This document shows positions 42,771 through 56,462 of a stretch of 64,000 nt of DNA, piece after piece (position 1 is the first letter of the stretch; the number at the start of each line of letters is the position of its first letter). Below the pieces are notes generated by a model. It searched no databases, had not been told where the DNA came from, and was given only the letters and a program-made list of their open reading frames with translations. The stretch is from Octopus vulgaris. Lineage: Eukaryota. Both the position numbers and the translations under genes were made by a program. The DNA is taken from NCBI GenBank assembly GCA_951406725.2, contig OX597814.1, positions 112,158,001-112,222,000 on the forward strand, in the 5' to 3' direction.

Positions 42771-42775
<5 letters not shown>
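42335..42775 (+). mobile_element. CR1-clade LINE 3' fragment, second family
   Basis: GPALFNIVPKEI...FKRSLDRFLQRIPDKP..GY...NSLLEW. Ends in tandem ctaagtttat. Homologous to 59395-59670. Confidence 0.8.
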
Positions 42776-42819
<44 letters not shown>

Positions 42820-43149
42820 ATACTACACGATATGTCGAGAAGGATATCAACCATAATGTCATCGGGAATTACATCTTGCATAAAATGATGTGAAATATCG
42901 ATAAGTTAGATGTAATATTTAATTGACTAAGAATGATAAAATCCCAATATCGACGTACTTCACTGCGAATTCTTCCCTGCTAGGGTTACAACTCAGAACG
43001 TGGGGTGACACAGCTAATGAAGTATGTGTCCCGAGTTACCATTTTACCAACGCATTCTACGTAAGATATCGCTTTAGATATGTACGTATGTGATTCTGTA
43101 TGCGTGTGGGTTTATATACATATGTATGTATGTATTTATCTATCTATAT

Positions 43150-43551
43150 TCTTTTACTTGTTTTCAGTCATTTGACTGCGGCCATGCTGGAGTACCACCT
43201 TTAGTTCAAGAAATCCACCCCAGGACTCATGTTTTGTAAGCCTAGTACTTATTCTATCGTTCTCTTTTGCCGAATCGCTATTTTACGGGGACGTAGACAC
43301 ACCAACATCGGTTGCCAAGCAATGGTGGGGAGAGAGAAATACACACACACACACATCCGCAGTATATATATGTGTATGTGTGTGTGCGTGTGTACGACGG
43401 GCTTCTTTCAGTTTCCGTCTGCCAAATCCATTCACAAGTCTTTGGTCGACCCGAAATTATAGAAGACACGTGCCCAAGGTGCCACGCAGTGGGGCTGACC
43501 CCGGAACCTTGTGGTTGGGAAGCAAGCTTCTTACCACACAGCCACTCCTGC
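43150..43551 (-). mobile_element. SINE family A, full length
   Basis: Head (cacacagccactcctgcg on +), internal CA/TA microsatellite and tail all present. Confidence 0.88.
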
Positions 43552-43776
43552 GTGTGTGTGTAAAATTTTGTTTTTTGTCAAGTTCAAAATGAAAAAAAAT
43601 TGACATCAAACTGGAGAATTACTCAATGCATTTTAGTAGAGTACGTGTTTATTAAAATTTTAAAAGATGAGAAGAAACAGTGACCTCGAAGTTTTGGCCT
43701 GTTTACCTTCACCTTCATTGGACTGTCCGATGAAAGTTAGCAGACTGAAATTTCGAAGTCGAAAAACTTTATTAAA

Positions 43777-43817
<41 letters not shown>

Positions 43818-44265
43818 TGCGGTTTGCTTTTCTGCCACGTCATACGTACAATTTACATTGAAGGATCACCGAATAATTTTTAAAAGACTACATACATATT
43901 TATTAATATGATTTATTTTTTTATTAATATCAATTTGAAATTAGTACGAGTGTGTGTATACGAAAATTACATAACTGCAGAAACGTATTCGCCATTTAGG
44001 GACTCAAAAACTGTTAATTCGTTTATTGTTTAATAGTAGTGTGTCATAAGTAATGTCAAAATATTTCGTCGCATTCCTGCGACTCTGTCACTTGCATATC
44101 CCACTACATCTCTTTCAGTTTCAACGCACAGTCTCGCATCAAGTCAGTTTCAGGTTTCTAACACATACACGCACTCACAGACACTTGCCCAAGGTATCAC
44201 GCGGTGGAACTGAACCCGAAGCCATGTGGTTGTGAAGCAAGTTTCTTACCATACATCCATATCCG

Positions 44266-44314
<49 letters not shown>

Positions 44315-44602
44315 TGTGTATATATATATAATTTAAATAGTCAGAAAATGGAGAAGACTTTTGATCAACAAACAAATTCAGCCACATATCTAGATTATTT
44401 TTTAATACAAAATATGGCATAACATTTCTACGACATAACATTTATTACTGCCGTTTCCGCTTCCAACGCCAGTCGGTGCTTACGAAAGAATTTCGAAAAT
44501 AATATTCGTCATCTTTATAGGACATTCGATCTAGTACATGGAGCTTTATCAGAGTGAATACAAATATGTAAAATAAAATAAAATCGGGGTACATATATAT
44601 AT

Positions 44603-44637
<35 letters not shown>

Positions 44638-45739
44638 AATATATATTAGTCAATTCACATAAACGAAGAATAAGAAAACGAAAAAAAAATAAAACGAACG
44701 TGAGGATGTGCACAAAAAATATATTTGTTTGAAGCGCAGTGAAAGGAAAGAGTTTGACGTTTCGAGCATAGCTCCTCGTTGGGAAGGAGAAAGGGAAAAG
44801 TCCAAAGAAGGAAAAGAAATCACCACGGCAAACGTGTAGTTACATTCTCTCTCTATCTGCCTGTCTGTCTCTCTCTCTCTGTATATATGCATATATATAT
44901 ATGTGTGTGTGTGTGTATATATATATGTATATATATATATGTATGTATATATATATGTATGTATCTATACTCACACGCGCATATAGATGCATACAAATAT
45001 ATATGCGTATATATATACATATATATGCATACATATATACAAATGTATGCATGTATATGCATACATATACATATATATATGCACACATATACATACATAT
45101 ATGCATACATATACATACATATACTTATCACATATGCATACATGCACACATAAGTTTTTCATACATCATTATAATCCATTATATTCCTCTTATATGAAAA
45201 CATTCTGTGTATATCTATCGACGTTTCCAACTTTTTTCGGCGTTATCTTCAGGCTGAATTTTACATAGTGGCAACAGTTACATCTGTATCTGTTCTACGT
45301 AAGAATAAAGCAAAAAAATTAGGCACAATATCTTTTCTTTGTTTCCACGGAGAGATGCCACAGATGACTGTGAAATTTTAGCCTTATCTTTTGGTGGTGT
45401 TCACAACATGGAGCTTTGGTTAGTGTCAAGATTCCATTTGAAATTTAACTTTAAATTCCATTGCATTATCGTCAAATGAAACGATACGTTATTATCAACA
45501 AACTTACGAGAAGTATCTTATAAATCGCTTGATTCGGTTAAGAAATAATTGCAATGCATTTTGTAGATAAATAGCCCCTCCTACCCCAAAAGGTTCCACC
45601 CAAATGATAGCTGTTTACTTAACAAATATATTGGTGGTGTATTTACTGTGATTTGAAACCGCGCCCACTTTGTTTAACGTCCACTTCATTAGAATTTTAT
45701 CTTATAAAAAATGAAGAATGCATAATCTCGAGATAATCC

Positions 45740-46615
45740 TTTTTTCTATAAGAACAAGGCCTGAAATTTTGCGGGGAGGGAGTCGAGTCGACTACATGGG
45801 AACCCGTGCTCAACTGGTACTTATTTCATGGACCCCGAAAGGGTGAAAGGTAAAGTCGACCTCTGCGGAATTTGAACTCAGAGCGTAGCTACGGGCGAAA
45901 TACCGCTAAGCATTTCGTCCAGCTTACTAACGATTCTGCTAGCTTGCCTCGAAGTCATAATAACCGATACAAATATTCGTTGGTTGGTTGTTGGTCGGTT
46001 GCTTACTCCAGTCCTCTTTACATCATAGAGTGAGGAAGAAAGAGAGAAAAAGAAATACAGGTGCAGGAGGAGTGCACATAATAGGCTTGGTGGCAGCAAT
46101 GAGTACAGAACGCTCCATGCATACACTGTGAGAGAGACAAAGGGGGAGGAGGAAGAGCATAAATGAGAGCGTAGTTATATAAATTAGAGATTTGTTGCAT
46201 GTAATATTATTTTAAGTTAAGAAATATTTCTCATTTTCATTTTCAGAAACATTTTTTGTCCTTGGACTCCTTTAATTCCTATTTTACCCATAGCCATTCA
46301 ATGCCTAAAATCTTCCTATTATATTCTTATGGTTAAATATTCTTTTCTAATCAACGCACAAGGTCCGAAATTTTGGGGGAGGGGGCAGTCGATTCGATCG
46401 ACCCCAGTAGGCAACTTCTACTTATTTTATCGACCAGGAAAGGATGAAAGGCAAAGTCGACCGCGGCGGAATTTGAACTCAGACCATAAAGACAGACGAA
46501 ATACCTATTTCTTTACTACCCACAAGGGGCTAAAGACAGAGAGGACAAACAAGAACAGACAAACGGATTAAGTCGATTATATCGACCCCAGTGCATAACT
46601 GGTACTTAATTTATT
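45740..46615 (-). mobile_element. Two SINE family B copies (about 45740-45948 and 46340-46615) flanking unique DNA
   Basis: Family B core gaaaggcaaagtcgac...gaatttgaactcaga on the + strand. Confidence 0.75.
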
Positions 46616-47269
46616 GTATCGTATAACCAAAAATTACAGATAAATTTTAATATCTGATAGGACCCTACGGAGGGGGCACCTAAAGACTCCTCCCTCGGAA
46701 TAGTGAGAAGCAGAAATGAATGGATCGATCAATCAATCGGCGTCTTACTTGTTGATTGTCTATTTAATACTGATACATCATTTTTGCTTTTCAGTTTAAA
46801 CGTTTTTTTTTTCTTGTCGGTATTCCTTGTGGAAGTGTTTTAAAATCATAGCGCGTCATTTTGGAGACAATTTATAAATATATATAGAGAGAGGGGGTTA
46901 GGGGGAAAGTGAAGGGAAACAGGTAGAGAAATATGATTAATGATGTGGTAGTTACAGTATAGAGTTGTGGGAGAAGATGAAAATATTTGCTGCATATACG
47001 GCCGGAAGTAAGACAACCATACTCTCTCTCTCTCTCTCTCTCACTCTCTCTCTCTCTCCTTCTCCCACACTGCACTCTCTGTAATCCTCCCCCGTCTCTC
47101 TCTCTGTCCCTGTCTGTATATATTTTAAAACAGTGAAGTAAAGAGAAAGATTCGTGTTTAGATGAAACAATTTCATTCTTTAGTTTCACGTTATATTTTA
47201 AAATGCGAAAAGTGACATAAAATAATAATAATAATAGTGTTGGTGGAGGTAGGAGTAGCAACGATGGTG

Positions 47270-47468
47270 TTGATGCTAGTAATGATGATGATAATGATGG
47301 CGGTTGTCCTCCGAATGATGATGATGATGATGATGATGGTGATGGTAATGATGATGATGATGGTGATGGTAATGATGATGATGGTGATGATGATGGTGAT
47401 GATGATGGTGATGATGGTAATGATGGTCGTCGTCGTCATCGTGCCGATGATGATGAATATTATGATGA
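47270..47468. repeat. (GAT/GGT)n microsatellite
   Basis: Directly visible. Confidence 0.9.
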
Positions 47469-48814
47469 GACCGCTTTCCTAAAGACGAACGTGACATTTC
47501 CAAATAACGGATAATGTCACGTTCCGGAAATCTCCTTCATTAGTCTTTTGGAATCCTAAAAAATTTCCTTACATCAATTAGGGAGCAACTGAAAAAAAGT
47601 TTAGAGAAGCATCAATTCCATTCTTTACTTCTTTGGAGCGGAACCAGTCAATGACGGATTTTTCACAACAAGAGATAGCGAGTGTCACATCACCTTCTCC
47701 CCATCCTCCTTCCATTACAACAAGATGTATCTTTACATTGCAATTTATGTTTTTGAATAAATGGTTTAACTCTCCTAATCGTAACATAGAAACAAGTTGA
47801 CTAATAAATTAGTTAACTAACTGAAAGAATAACTTACATGTGTAATAATAATTCTTTCTATTATAGAGAACAAAAACTGACATTTTGGAAGAGGCGAGCG
47901 AGTCGATTACGTCGACCCTAGAGATCAACTGGTATTTATTTTATCGACTCCGAGAGGATGAAAGGCAAAGTCGACCCCAGCAAAATTTGAACTCGGAAAG
48001 TAAAAAATAGACGAAAAGCCGTTAAGCATCTTTCCCGGGGTGGTAACGATTCTGCCAGTTAGTCGCCCTATTTTATAACAACAACAGCAACAACAATAAT
48101 AATGATCCTTTCTACTAAAGGCACGAAGCCTCAGAATTTGCAGGAGGGAACTAGTCGATAATATTAACCCCAGTGCTTCACTAGCACTTAATTTATCGAC
48201 CCAGAAATGGCAAAGTCGACTTCGACGGAATTTGAACTTAGAATGTAAAGACGGCCGAAATGCCGCTAAGCACTTTGTCCGGCGTGCTAACGGTTCTGCC
48301 AGTTCGCCACAACAACAACAACAACAACAATACTACTACTACTACTACTACTACAACTACTACTACTACTACTACTACTACTAATAATAATAATAATAAT
48401 AATAACGATTTCTTTTATTGGTCAGAAGGCCCCAAGATATGGAGGACAATACTGAAGGACGATTATAGCACACAAAAACAAAAATTACAAAAAGAGATGT
48501 GGTTTACATCGATCAAGAGAAGATAATACCGCATGAAAGGATATAACAAAGGATATATAATAGAAAGTAGAGAAATAAATAATAAATAAATAGAATACTC
48601 AATCGCTGGGCAATCTACTTAGGGTAATCCCTGGTAAACCCCACGCAAAAATTCCGGATTACTTTGCCATCTTACAAGGCATGGGAAAATGCCCCTCCAG
48701 TTGCTTTGCTTTTGCTTACAAAAGCATTCTCAGAGTCGGTCCATTCAGTCTCATAAGTCTTGCTAATGTCGACCACCTTTTGATAAACACACTAGAACCC
48801 CCCCCTCTCTCTCC

Positions 48815-49545
48815 ACTCATCATGGTATAAACATGTGCCAAGGAAGGTAGAAGACAACGATCAAACGACAATCATCTGGGATATGCCTGTTCAAACCGAC
48901 AAAGAAATAAAAGCTAATCGCCCAGACATAATAATCAAGGATTGAAAAACAAAAACAAAACACCTTCTTACTGATAGACATTGCATGTTCTTCTGGCCAA
49001 AAGGAGTGGAGAAATTGTCAAAGGAGAAAGATCTCGAAATAGAAGTAATCAAGATGTGGGGCACGAAAGTGAAAACAATACCAGTAATAACTGGAGCATT
49101 GGGCATGATAAAAAAAACAGGAACAAAAGCGTAGAAGCTATAGCTGGATTCTCAACACTATACACTATCCAAAAAATATCCCTACTAGGAACAGCCCACA
49201 CTCTATGCAAGGCACTATCAATTCAATACTACAACCTAAGCAAAATAATCCACAAACACACGACACACTCTATATAGCAAATATCCAATGAAATAAACTA
49301 CCATCAGCAGTCCGATTACCCAACGCGTTACACATACAGCACACAATTACAAATACTAGTGCAACAAAAGACTGTACCACACCTCAAAAAAAAAAAGAAA
49401 GGAAATGACGCAATACAATACCGGTAAGAGTTTGCACACTCCCAACAAAAAACACACAATGCTGCACACACCCCAGCACCACGGAGGTGTAGCAGATGAT
49501 GGAGTAGAAATTTGCCTGAAATTACCAAATGTTGAACAGTGATAA
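48815..49545 (+). mobile_element. R4/Dong-type 3' fragment with 3' UTR
   Basis: WYKHVP.KV...TIIWDMPVQTDKEIKANRPDIIIKD; EKLSK.KDLEIEV.KMW..KVKTIPVITGALG; IQKISLLGTAH. Ends at tgataatagtaataataa. Confidence 0.85.
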
Positions 49546-51484
49546 TAGTAATAATAACGAAACACCCGTGTTTCTAGAGGTGAATTATTCAAACCCCAAA
49601 GAATTCCTCTCAACTTGGCGATGATGTTCCCCCACTACTTCTACTCGTCATCAGAGATGCACATATCGTCAGCCACCAAGGGTATATATAGTAAAGTCTT
49701 TTCTGTTCTGTTATTTTATTCTACTTATTTATTTTCGATTTTGTATGTTTGAAATTTTGGAAAATAATAGTTTTTCGAAACCGCAATTACTGTTTTTGTT
49801 TACGTATAATTATTTTTTTAAAAGTGATTTGGCTGTTATTTCTAGCATGTGGGGAGACCTTGGCTTAACTGCATGTACTGGCAGAAACTCACCTACGCAT
49901 GCATAAATGAGCGAACGAGTCTAAAAACATCCAGAATATTGGTATGTATGTGTGCGGGGTAGGAGGGGTGTCAATTGGGTCTTTTGAAAATTTGAAATTT
50001 GGAAAAACACTGTTTTGAGAATCATAATGTCCGTATTTTTCTACGTGGAACCCAAAAATAATTTTCGTAAAAAATCGGAATCTCTATTAACAAAAACGTC
50101 GGAACCTGTAAAAAAAAGTTTTAAAAACGGGATGGGGGTGATTATTGCATACCTCTGCTGAAAACACAACCGAGAGACTTTGCCTACTTTTGCACTTTAA
50201 ATTAGGGGATTTTCAAGGAGTAGATTTATTCTAGTAGGGTTTTACCTGCATTCGCACTTTAACCTGGGGGATTTTTTACTAGGGGTGGTTTTGTCCTAGT
50301 AGGGTTTGTTCAGATCTCAAACTTCCCGGCCGCAACTTAAACCAGCTTTTTTTTTCTCTGTAGCGTCGAGTCGACCAATACTCTGTGGGAAAAATTTAAT
50401 AGATGGGAACCTGTACAGCACGAAGCATGGGTCCATATGTGCATAGATATAGGGGCTTACATTCATAATTAATACATCATTTACAATTAACACTACAGCG
50501 ACTAGCAACACTTACTATTTAACTATTAAGTAATCTGTTTATAATTACACTTAATGACCTCCTTCATTAATCGATCGATTTCGTAATTATAGAATGAATT
50601 AGCTAAATTAGATCTAATTCCATAATTAATCATCTAATTAGTTCATAAAGGAAGTAGCAGACATCTGACAAACGAAGAGATTAACTAATTAATGAGAGAA
50701 TAAATAATTTAATTGTTTAGATAAGTTCAAGAATGTTTAAGAATTCTTTGTGTTTATTCGTAGCCGTTCATAAGAATTGTCATTTCTTCGAAGAACTTTC
50801 CCAAAATGCCAGGCATAATTTCTCCTCGGGACCTACAGACTAAGCTTCATTTACGAATTATAGCCTAGATGCCTTAAAAATATAAAAAAACTCGAGGGAA
50901 ATATGCCTCAACCTAAGTGTCATGATTTCAATCCATCCACTATTAGTCACAGCCACGAGTTATCTCGTCAGTCTATGATGTATAGAAGTCAACAAGTGGA
51001 ATAACGTAGCGACGATAAATATGTGAAGCGTCTTTACAGCAAAGGAGATCGTTCATTCGCCGTAGGGAAACATGTTTGGTCTTGTTAACACTTTTACTTA
51101 TTTTAATTTTTTTTTCTACACTGCGAGTCATTAGTTTAAACGACATGGAGAGAGATTAAGCCACTTAAATGCATTGAGAGTTTGCTTAAAACGTTAACCA
51201 ATCACGGATTATGCTTATGACAAGATTCGAGATCAATGCTGGAAGCTAACCAAACACTTCAGCCTCTCAACAGAGTCCGACATAGACGTATCGAGAGGGA
51301 ATTTTCTTTATAAAACAACATGAAGCAACGCGGAAAAAGAGAGTAGAAGGAAATAAAGAAACATAAAAGGTAGCTAAATAATGCAACGGATTATTTATTA
51401 TATAAATGTTCTGAGGTGAAACGGGTTGAGTACATACGGTATTTTAACCACGTGCTACGTCTTTTCCCCATTTGCATTATAAAT

Positions 51485-51534
<50 letters not shown>

Positions 51535-51613
51535 GATTTATATAAATAAGGATAAGATCGTTATTTAAAATACCGATCAGTTCAAGTGGCCAGCATGGGA
51601 ATAAAAAAAAAAA

Positions 51614-51890
51614 TATAATTAAGGGTATCTAAAAGATAAATGCGTCTAAAAGATACTACCATGCTAGAGATAGCAGTCAAAACTTGACTCTGAAACCACA
51701 TCATGTATTTATACAGCACCAGGAGAAAAGACAAATAGAGAAATAAACTAGCAAATGTAATTATTTGATTGTTTATTTCTCAATTTGTCTTTTATTCTGG
51801 TGCTGTATAAAATACATGATGTGGTTTTAGAGTCAAGTTTTGACTGCTATCTCTAACATGGTGGTATCTTTCAGATACTCTTAATTATAA
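51614..51890. repeat. Imperfect inverted repeat, arms about 125 bp, spacer about 22 nt
   Basis: aagatactaccatgctagagatagcagtcaaaacttgactc... versus ...gagtcaagttttgactgctatctctaacatggtggtatctt. Confidence 0.88.
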
Positions 51891-51893
51891 TTT

Positions 51894-51938
<45 letters not shown>

Positions 51939-51942
51939 ATGC

Positions 51943-51986
<44 letters not shown>

Positions 51987-52036
51987 GTAACAGAAAAGAG
52001 GAATTTCGATTATCCCCACGTGGTGAGTTGTAATGT

Positions 52037-52310
52037 ATATAAGAAATTAAAAAAGGAAAATACATACTTACATAGTTTTAATATAATTTTTAATATATCG
52101 ACCGGTTTCGCTATCGCTATTCATGATATTATGTTTTATTTATTTGAATATATATTTTTTCTTAAGAAGAAATTTGGTCCAGGTTGTGTGTGATGATTCA
52201 AATAAATAGAACATAATATCATGAATAGCGATAACGAAACCGGTCGATATATTAAAAATTATAATAAAACTATGTAAGGTTGCGTATTTTCCTTTTTTTA
52301 TTTCTTATAT
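52037..52310. repeat. Imperfect inverted repeat, arms about 113 bp, containing CGAAACCGGTCG
   Basis: atatatcgaccggtttcgctatcgctattcatgatattatg versus cataatatcatgaatagcgataacgaaaccggtcgatatat. Confidence 0.88.
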
Positions 52311-52329
52311 ATATATATATACACACATG

Positions 52330-52547
52330 TGGGGTGGATGCTGAAAAGTTCCTGGCTTTGGGTAAAAGAAAATACAGGAGGGTCAGTTAATTATGGTTTT
52401 ATTTAACATATTCCCCTCTCAAATTTACACACTTATTGCAGTGGTCCTTCAGGTTTTCTAAGTCCTGCAAAAGAACTCAGAAGTTTGGGCCTCCAACCAG
52501 GTCTTTCGCGACACCCTTAAAGTGAGGTACTTTTCCACACTTCTCAT
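52330..52547. mobile_element. Mariner-like MITE; a second partial copy lies at about 52815-52955
   Basis: Termini tgctgaaaagttcctggcttt and aaag(t/c)gagg(t/a)actttt(c)...cac. The internal sequence is shared by both copies. Confidence 0.65.
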
Positions 52548-53099
52548 ATATATATATATATAAGACCAGTGTTTTCTACTATAGCCCTCGGACCAACAAA
52601 TGCCTTGTAAGTGGAGTCTTGTACCCGGAAGCTAAAAGAAGCTGACTATACTGGGCCCGATTTGTTTGACTAAACCCTTCAAAGTTTTGCCCCAGCAAAG
52701 GATGAAAAGGATGAAAGGTAAAGTCGACCCCGGCGGAATTTGAACTCAGAACGTAGCAGCAGACGAAATACTGCTAAGCATTTCGCCCGGCGTGCTAACG
52801 TTTCTGCCAGCCAAACATATACTCCTCTCAGATTCACTCACTTGCTGCAGCGGTCCTTCAGTTTTTATAAGCCATGTAAAAGAAGTCGAAAGTTTGAGCC
52901 TCCAACCAGGCCTTTCACGGCACCCTTAAAGCGAGGAACTTTTCAGCACCACTTCCCCACTGTGTGTGTGTGTTTGTGTGTGTGCGTATGTGCGTGTGCG
53001 TGTGTACGTATATAACATTTGCCATTTGCATATCTAAATATGTGTGTGTGTGTGTGTGTAAGCGTGTATAGAATATGTAATATATCTTTCATCCTTCGT

Positions 53100-53473
53100 T
53101 CATTTTAGCCATTATACCGTGGTCATGCTGGGGCATAGTTTTGAAGAATTTTAAATGGAACGAATCGAGCACATACTCGTTTCTTTGAAAACATGGTACT
53201 TATCCTATTGGTCTCTTTGACCGAATCGCTACCTTACGGGGACGTAAACACACCAACACCGGTTGTCATGCGATGGTAGGACACACAAACACACACACAC
53301 ACACACGCGCGCGCACAACCGATCTCTTTTAGTTTCCGTCTACCAAATCCATTCACAAGGCTTCGGTCGACCCGAGGCTATAGCAGAAGACACTTCTCCA
53401 AGGTGCCACGCAATGAGACTGAACCGGGAACTATGTGGTTAAGAAGTAAATTTCTTACCACACAGCCTATAAA

Positions 53474-53507
<34 letters not shown>

Positions 53508-53973
53508 GCCGTGTGGTAAGAAGCTTGCTTCCTGACCACAAGGTTCCAGGTTCAGTCCCACTGCGTGGCACCTTGGGTAAGTATCTTCAGCTATAGCCTC
53601 GGATCGACCAAAGCCTTGTGAGCGGATTTGATAGGCGGAAACTGGAAGAAACCCATCGTGTATTCCTTTCGTTCTGGTCTAACAACCCTCCGTCTTTGTT
53701 TCATACGGTTTCCTTGTATGTCTCCACTTTAACCTCCCTAAATCCAAAATTTTATTTTAGAATTTATGGGAGCAACTGTCTTTGAAGACTCATATTGTCA
53801 TTGAATGCTTGAAATGAGGAGTAGATACACAGCCGACAACTGATGAAGGGTCGTTTCTCTTCTTTCTTGTTCTGTTTTCCATTTTGTTTCTTGTTGTTTA
53901 CGTATTTCACGTCTTTTGCACCGTTGGTGACGTCCTGTACCTATATATGCATGTGTATACACACACATCCACA

Positions 53974-54018
<45 letters not shown>

Positions 54019-54260
54019 CATATATTATTTATCATTTATTATATATTTGTATGTCTGTGTTTGCTCCTCCCCCTCACAACATCGCTTGACAGCCGATGTT
54101 GGTATGTTTACACCCCTGTAACATGGCGGTTCTGCAAAGTGACCGATAGGATAAGTACTAGCCTTACAAAGAATAAGTCCTGGGGTCGATTTGTTCGACT
54201 AAAGGCGCAGATCCAGCATGGCCGCAGTAAAATGACTGAAACAAGTAAAAGAATAAAAGA
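53100..54260. mobile_element. Head-to-head SINE family A pair; the plus copy is interrupted by another repeat (about 53660-53945, homologous to 59900-60212)
   Basis: Minus copy 53100-53468; plus head 53505-53660; plus tail 54050-54260. Confidence 0.78.
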
Positions 54261-55802
54261 CTGTATATGTTTGTATGTATGTATGTATGTATGTATGTAT
54301 GTATATAGTTTGTATATATATATATATACATGCCGCACACATATATGTGTATTGTATGTGTTTGATTTCGAGTTTATGTGTTTAAGTATGCGGGGAGGAG
54401 TGATGTAAGTGGAAAGCGAGGGAGAGGGAGGAGCGAGGGTGAAGGGACACGGAGCGATAAAGAGAGAGGAAGACAGAAGAACAGAAGGGTGAAAAATATA
54501 TTAATTCTAAGCAAATCTATAACATTGTTATAAGGAAATAAAGTCGAGCGACGCCCTATCATTTAACTTAGAAACCCCAGTAGTGCAATAAAAACGTAGA
54601 ATGACATCGTCTTACAGACACAGAGTCTTGACATTTCGCCTGTCGTTTGCAGACACCAAGAATCTGTGACCCACTATTTTATTATCATCTTTTATTTGAT
54701 TGTTATTTGCTCTTTTTTAATCACTGTCTGTTAGTGTCTAACTTAACGACTGACGCAGAAGAAAGACAAGGAAGAAAAATGTCGACCCCGCTCTGTCTCG
54801 CCAAAAAACACTACATGAACGCTTATCCATTCAACTGATGGCTTTTGTATCATCTTTATCTTCTCATCTAATCATTCAACGTCCATTATTTAAGTGCATT
54901 GGCAGAGTCGTTAAAACATCGAACGAAACAGCCTACTGGTATTTTATGTACCGAGTTCAAATCCAACTGAGGTTAACATTATTTTTTTTTTTGTTTCTTT
55001 TGGTACCCTTCCGGTGTCGATAAAATAAAGTATCAGTGAAGGGGTTGATGTTATCTCTAAAGTCTAAGGCTTCAAAGAAACCGACTGTGGTCAAATCATG
55101 GAATGGGAAAGGCTTTGTCCTGGATATTTTAGCCTTTGACTGGGTCTAAAACACCTAAGGGACTCTGTATTTCACAATGGTGACATTACGACTCCATCGA
55201 GACTACAAAAGTCCAGGGTACGCGCGCACACATATGTGAGCAGGGATGTTACGGGATTGAAGGAGAAGGTATACGAAGTTACTCAATAATATTTAAGTCA
55301 GTGCGTTCTGAGTTCAAATTCCACCCAGGTCGACTTTGCCTTCCATCCTTTCGGGGTCGATAAATTAAGTACCAGCTGCGTACAGGTGTCGATCTAATCG
55401 ACTGGCCCCCTTCCCCAAAATTTCGCGCCTTATACCTAAAGTAGAAAAGATTATTTGAGTGCAATGGCAGAGTCGTTAAAATGTCGAACGAAACAGATTA
55501 GTGGTATTTTATGTCTCGAGTTCAAATCCAAGTGAGGTCAACTTTTTTTTTTGTTTCCTTTTTGTATACTTCCAGTGTCGATAAAATAAAGTACCATTCA
55601 AGGGGTTGATGTTATCGCTAAAGTCTAAGGTTTCAAAAATTTATCGTGGTCGATAAATTAAGTACCAGTTGCGTACAGGGGGTGAATCTAATTGACTGGC
55701 CCCCTCCCCAACAATTTCGGGCCGTGTGCCTAGAGTAGAAAAGAATATTTAAGTCAGTGAATCATGTTCAAAATACAAAGCTGTTTCTGCACACGAATTT
55801 CA

Positions 55803-56404
55803 AGGTGCCGGAGTGGCTGTGTGGTAAGTAACTTGCTTACCAACCACATGATACTGGGTTCAGTCCCACTGCGTGGCATCATGAGCAAGTGTCTTCTATT
55901 ATAGCCCTAGACCGACAAAAGCCTTGTGAGTGGATTTGGTAGACGGAAGCTGAAAGAAGCCCGTCGTATCTCTCACTCTCCCTTTATATATATATATATA
56001 TATATATATACATGTCTTTCTGTCTGTCTTTGTCTCCCAACCAATGCTTGATAGAATAAATAAGTCCTGGGGTCGATTTGTTCGACTAAAGGCGGTGCCC
56101 CAGCATGGCCGCAGTCAAATGAGTGAAAAAATAAAAGAAAACATTTTCAATAATTTTTATTCACTTACTCTTTTATTTGTTTCAGTCATTTGACTGCAGC
56201 CATGCTGGAGCACTGCCTTTAGTCGAACAAATCGACCACAAGACTTATTCTTTGTAGGCCTAGTACTTATTCTATCGGTCTCGTTTACCGAACTGCTATA
56301 CTATAGGGACGTAAACACACCAACATCGGTTGTCAAGCGACGGTGTTGGGGGGACAAACGCAGATACACACGCAAATACATACATACATATATACATACT
56401 TGCT

Positions 56405-56462
<58 letters not shown>

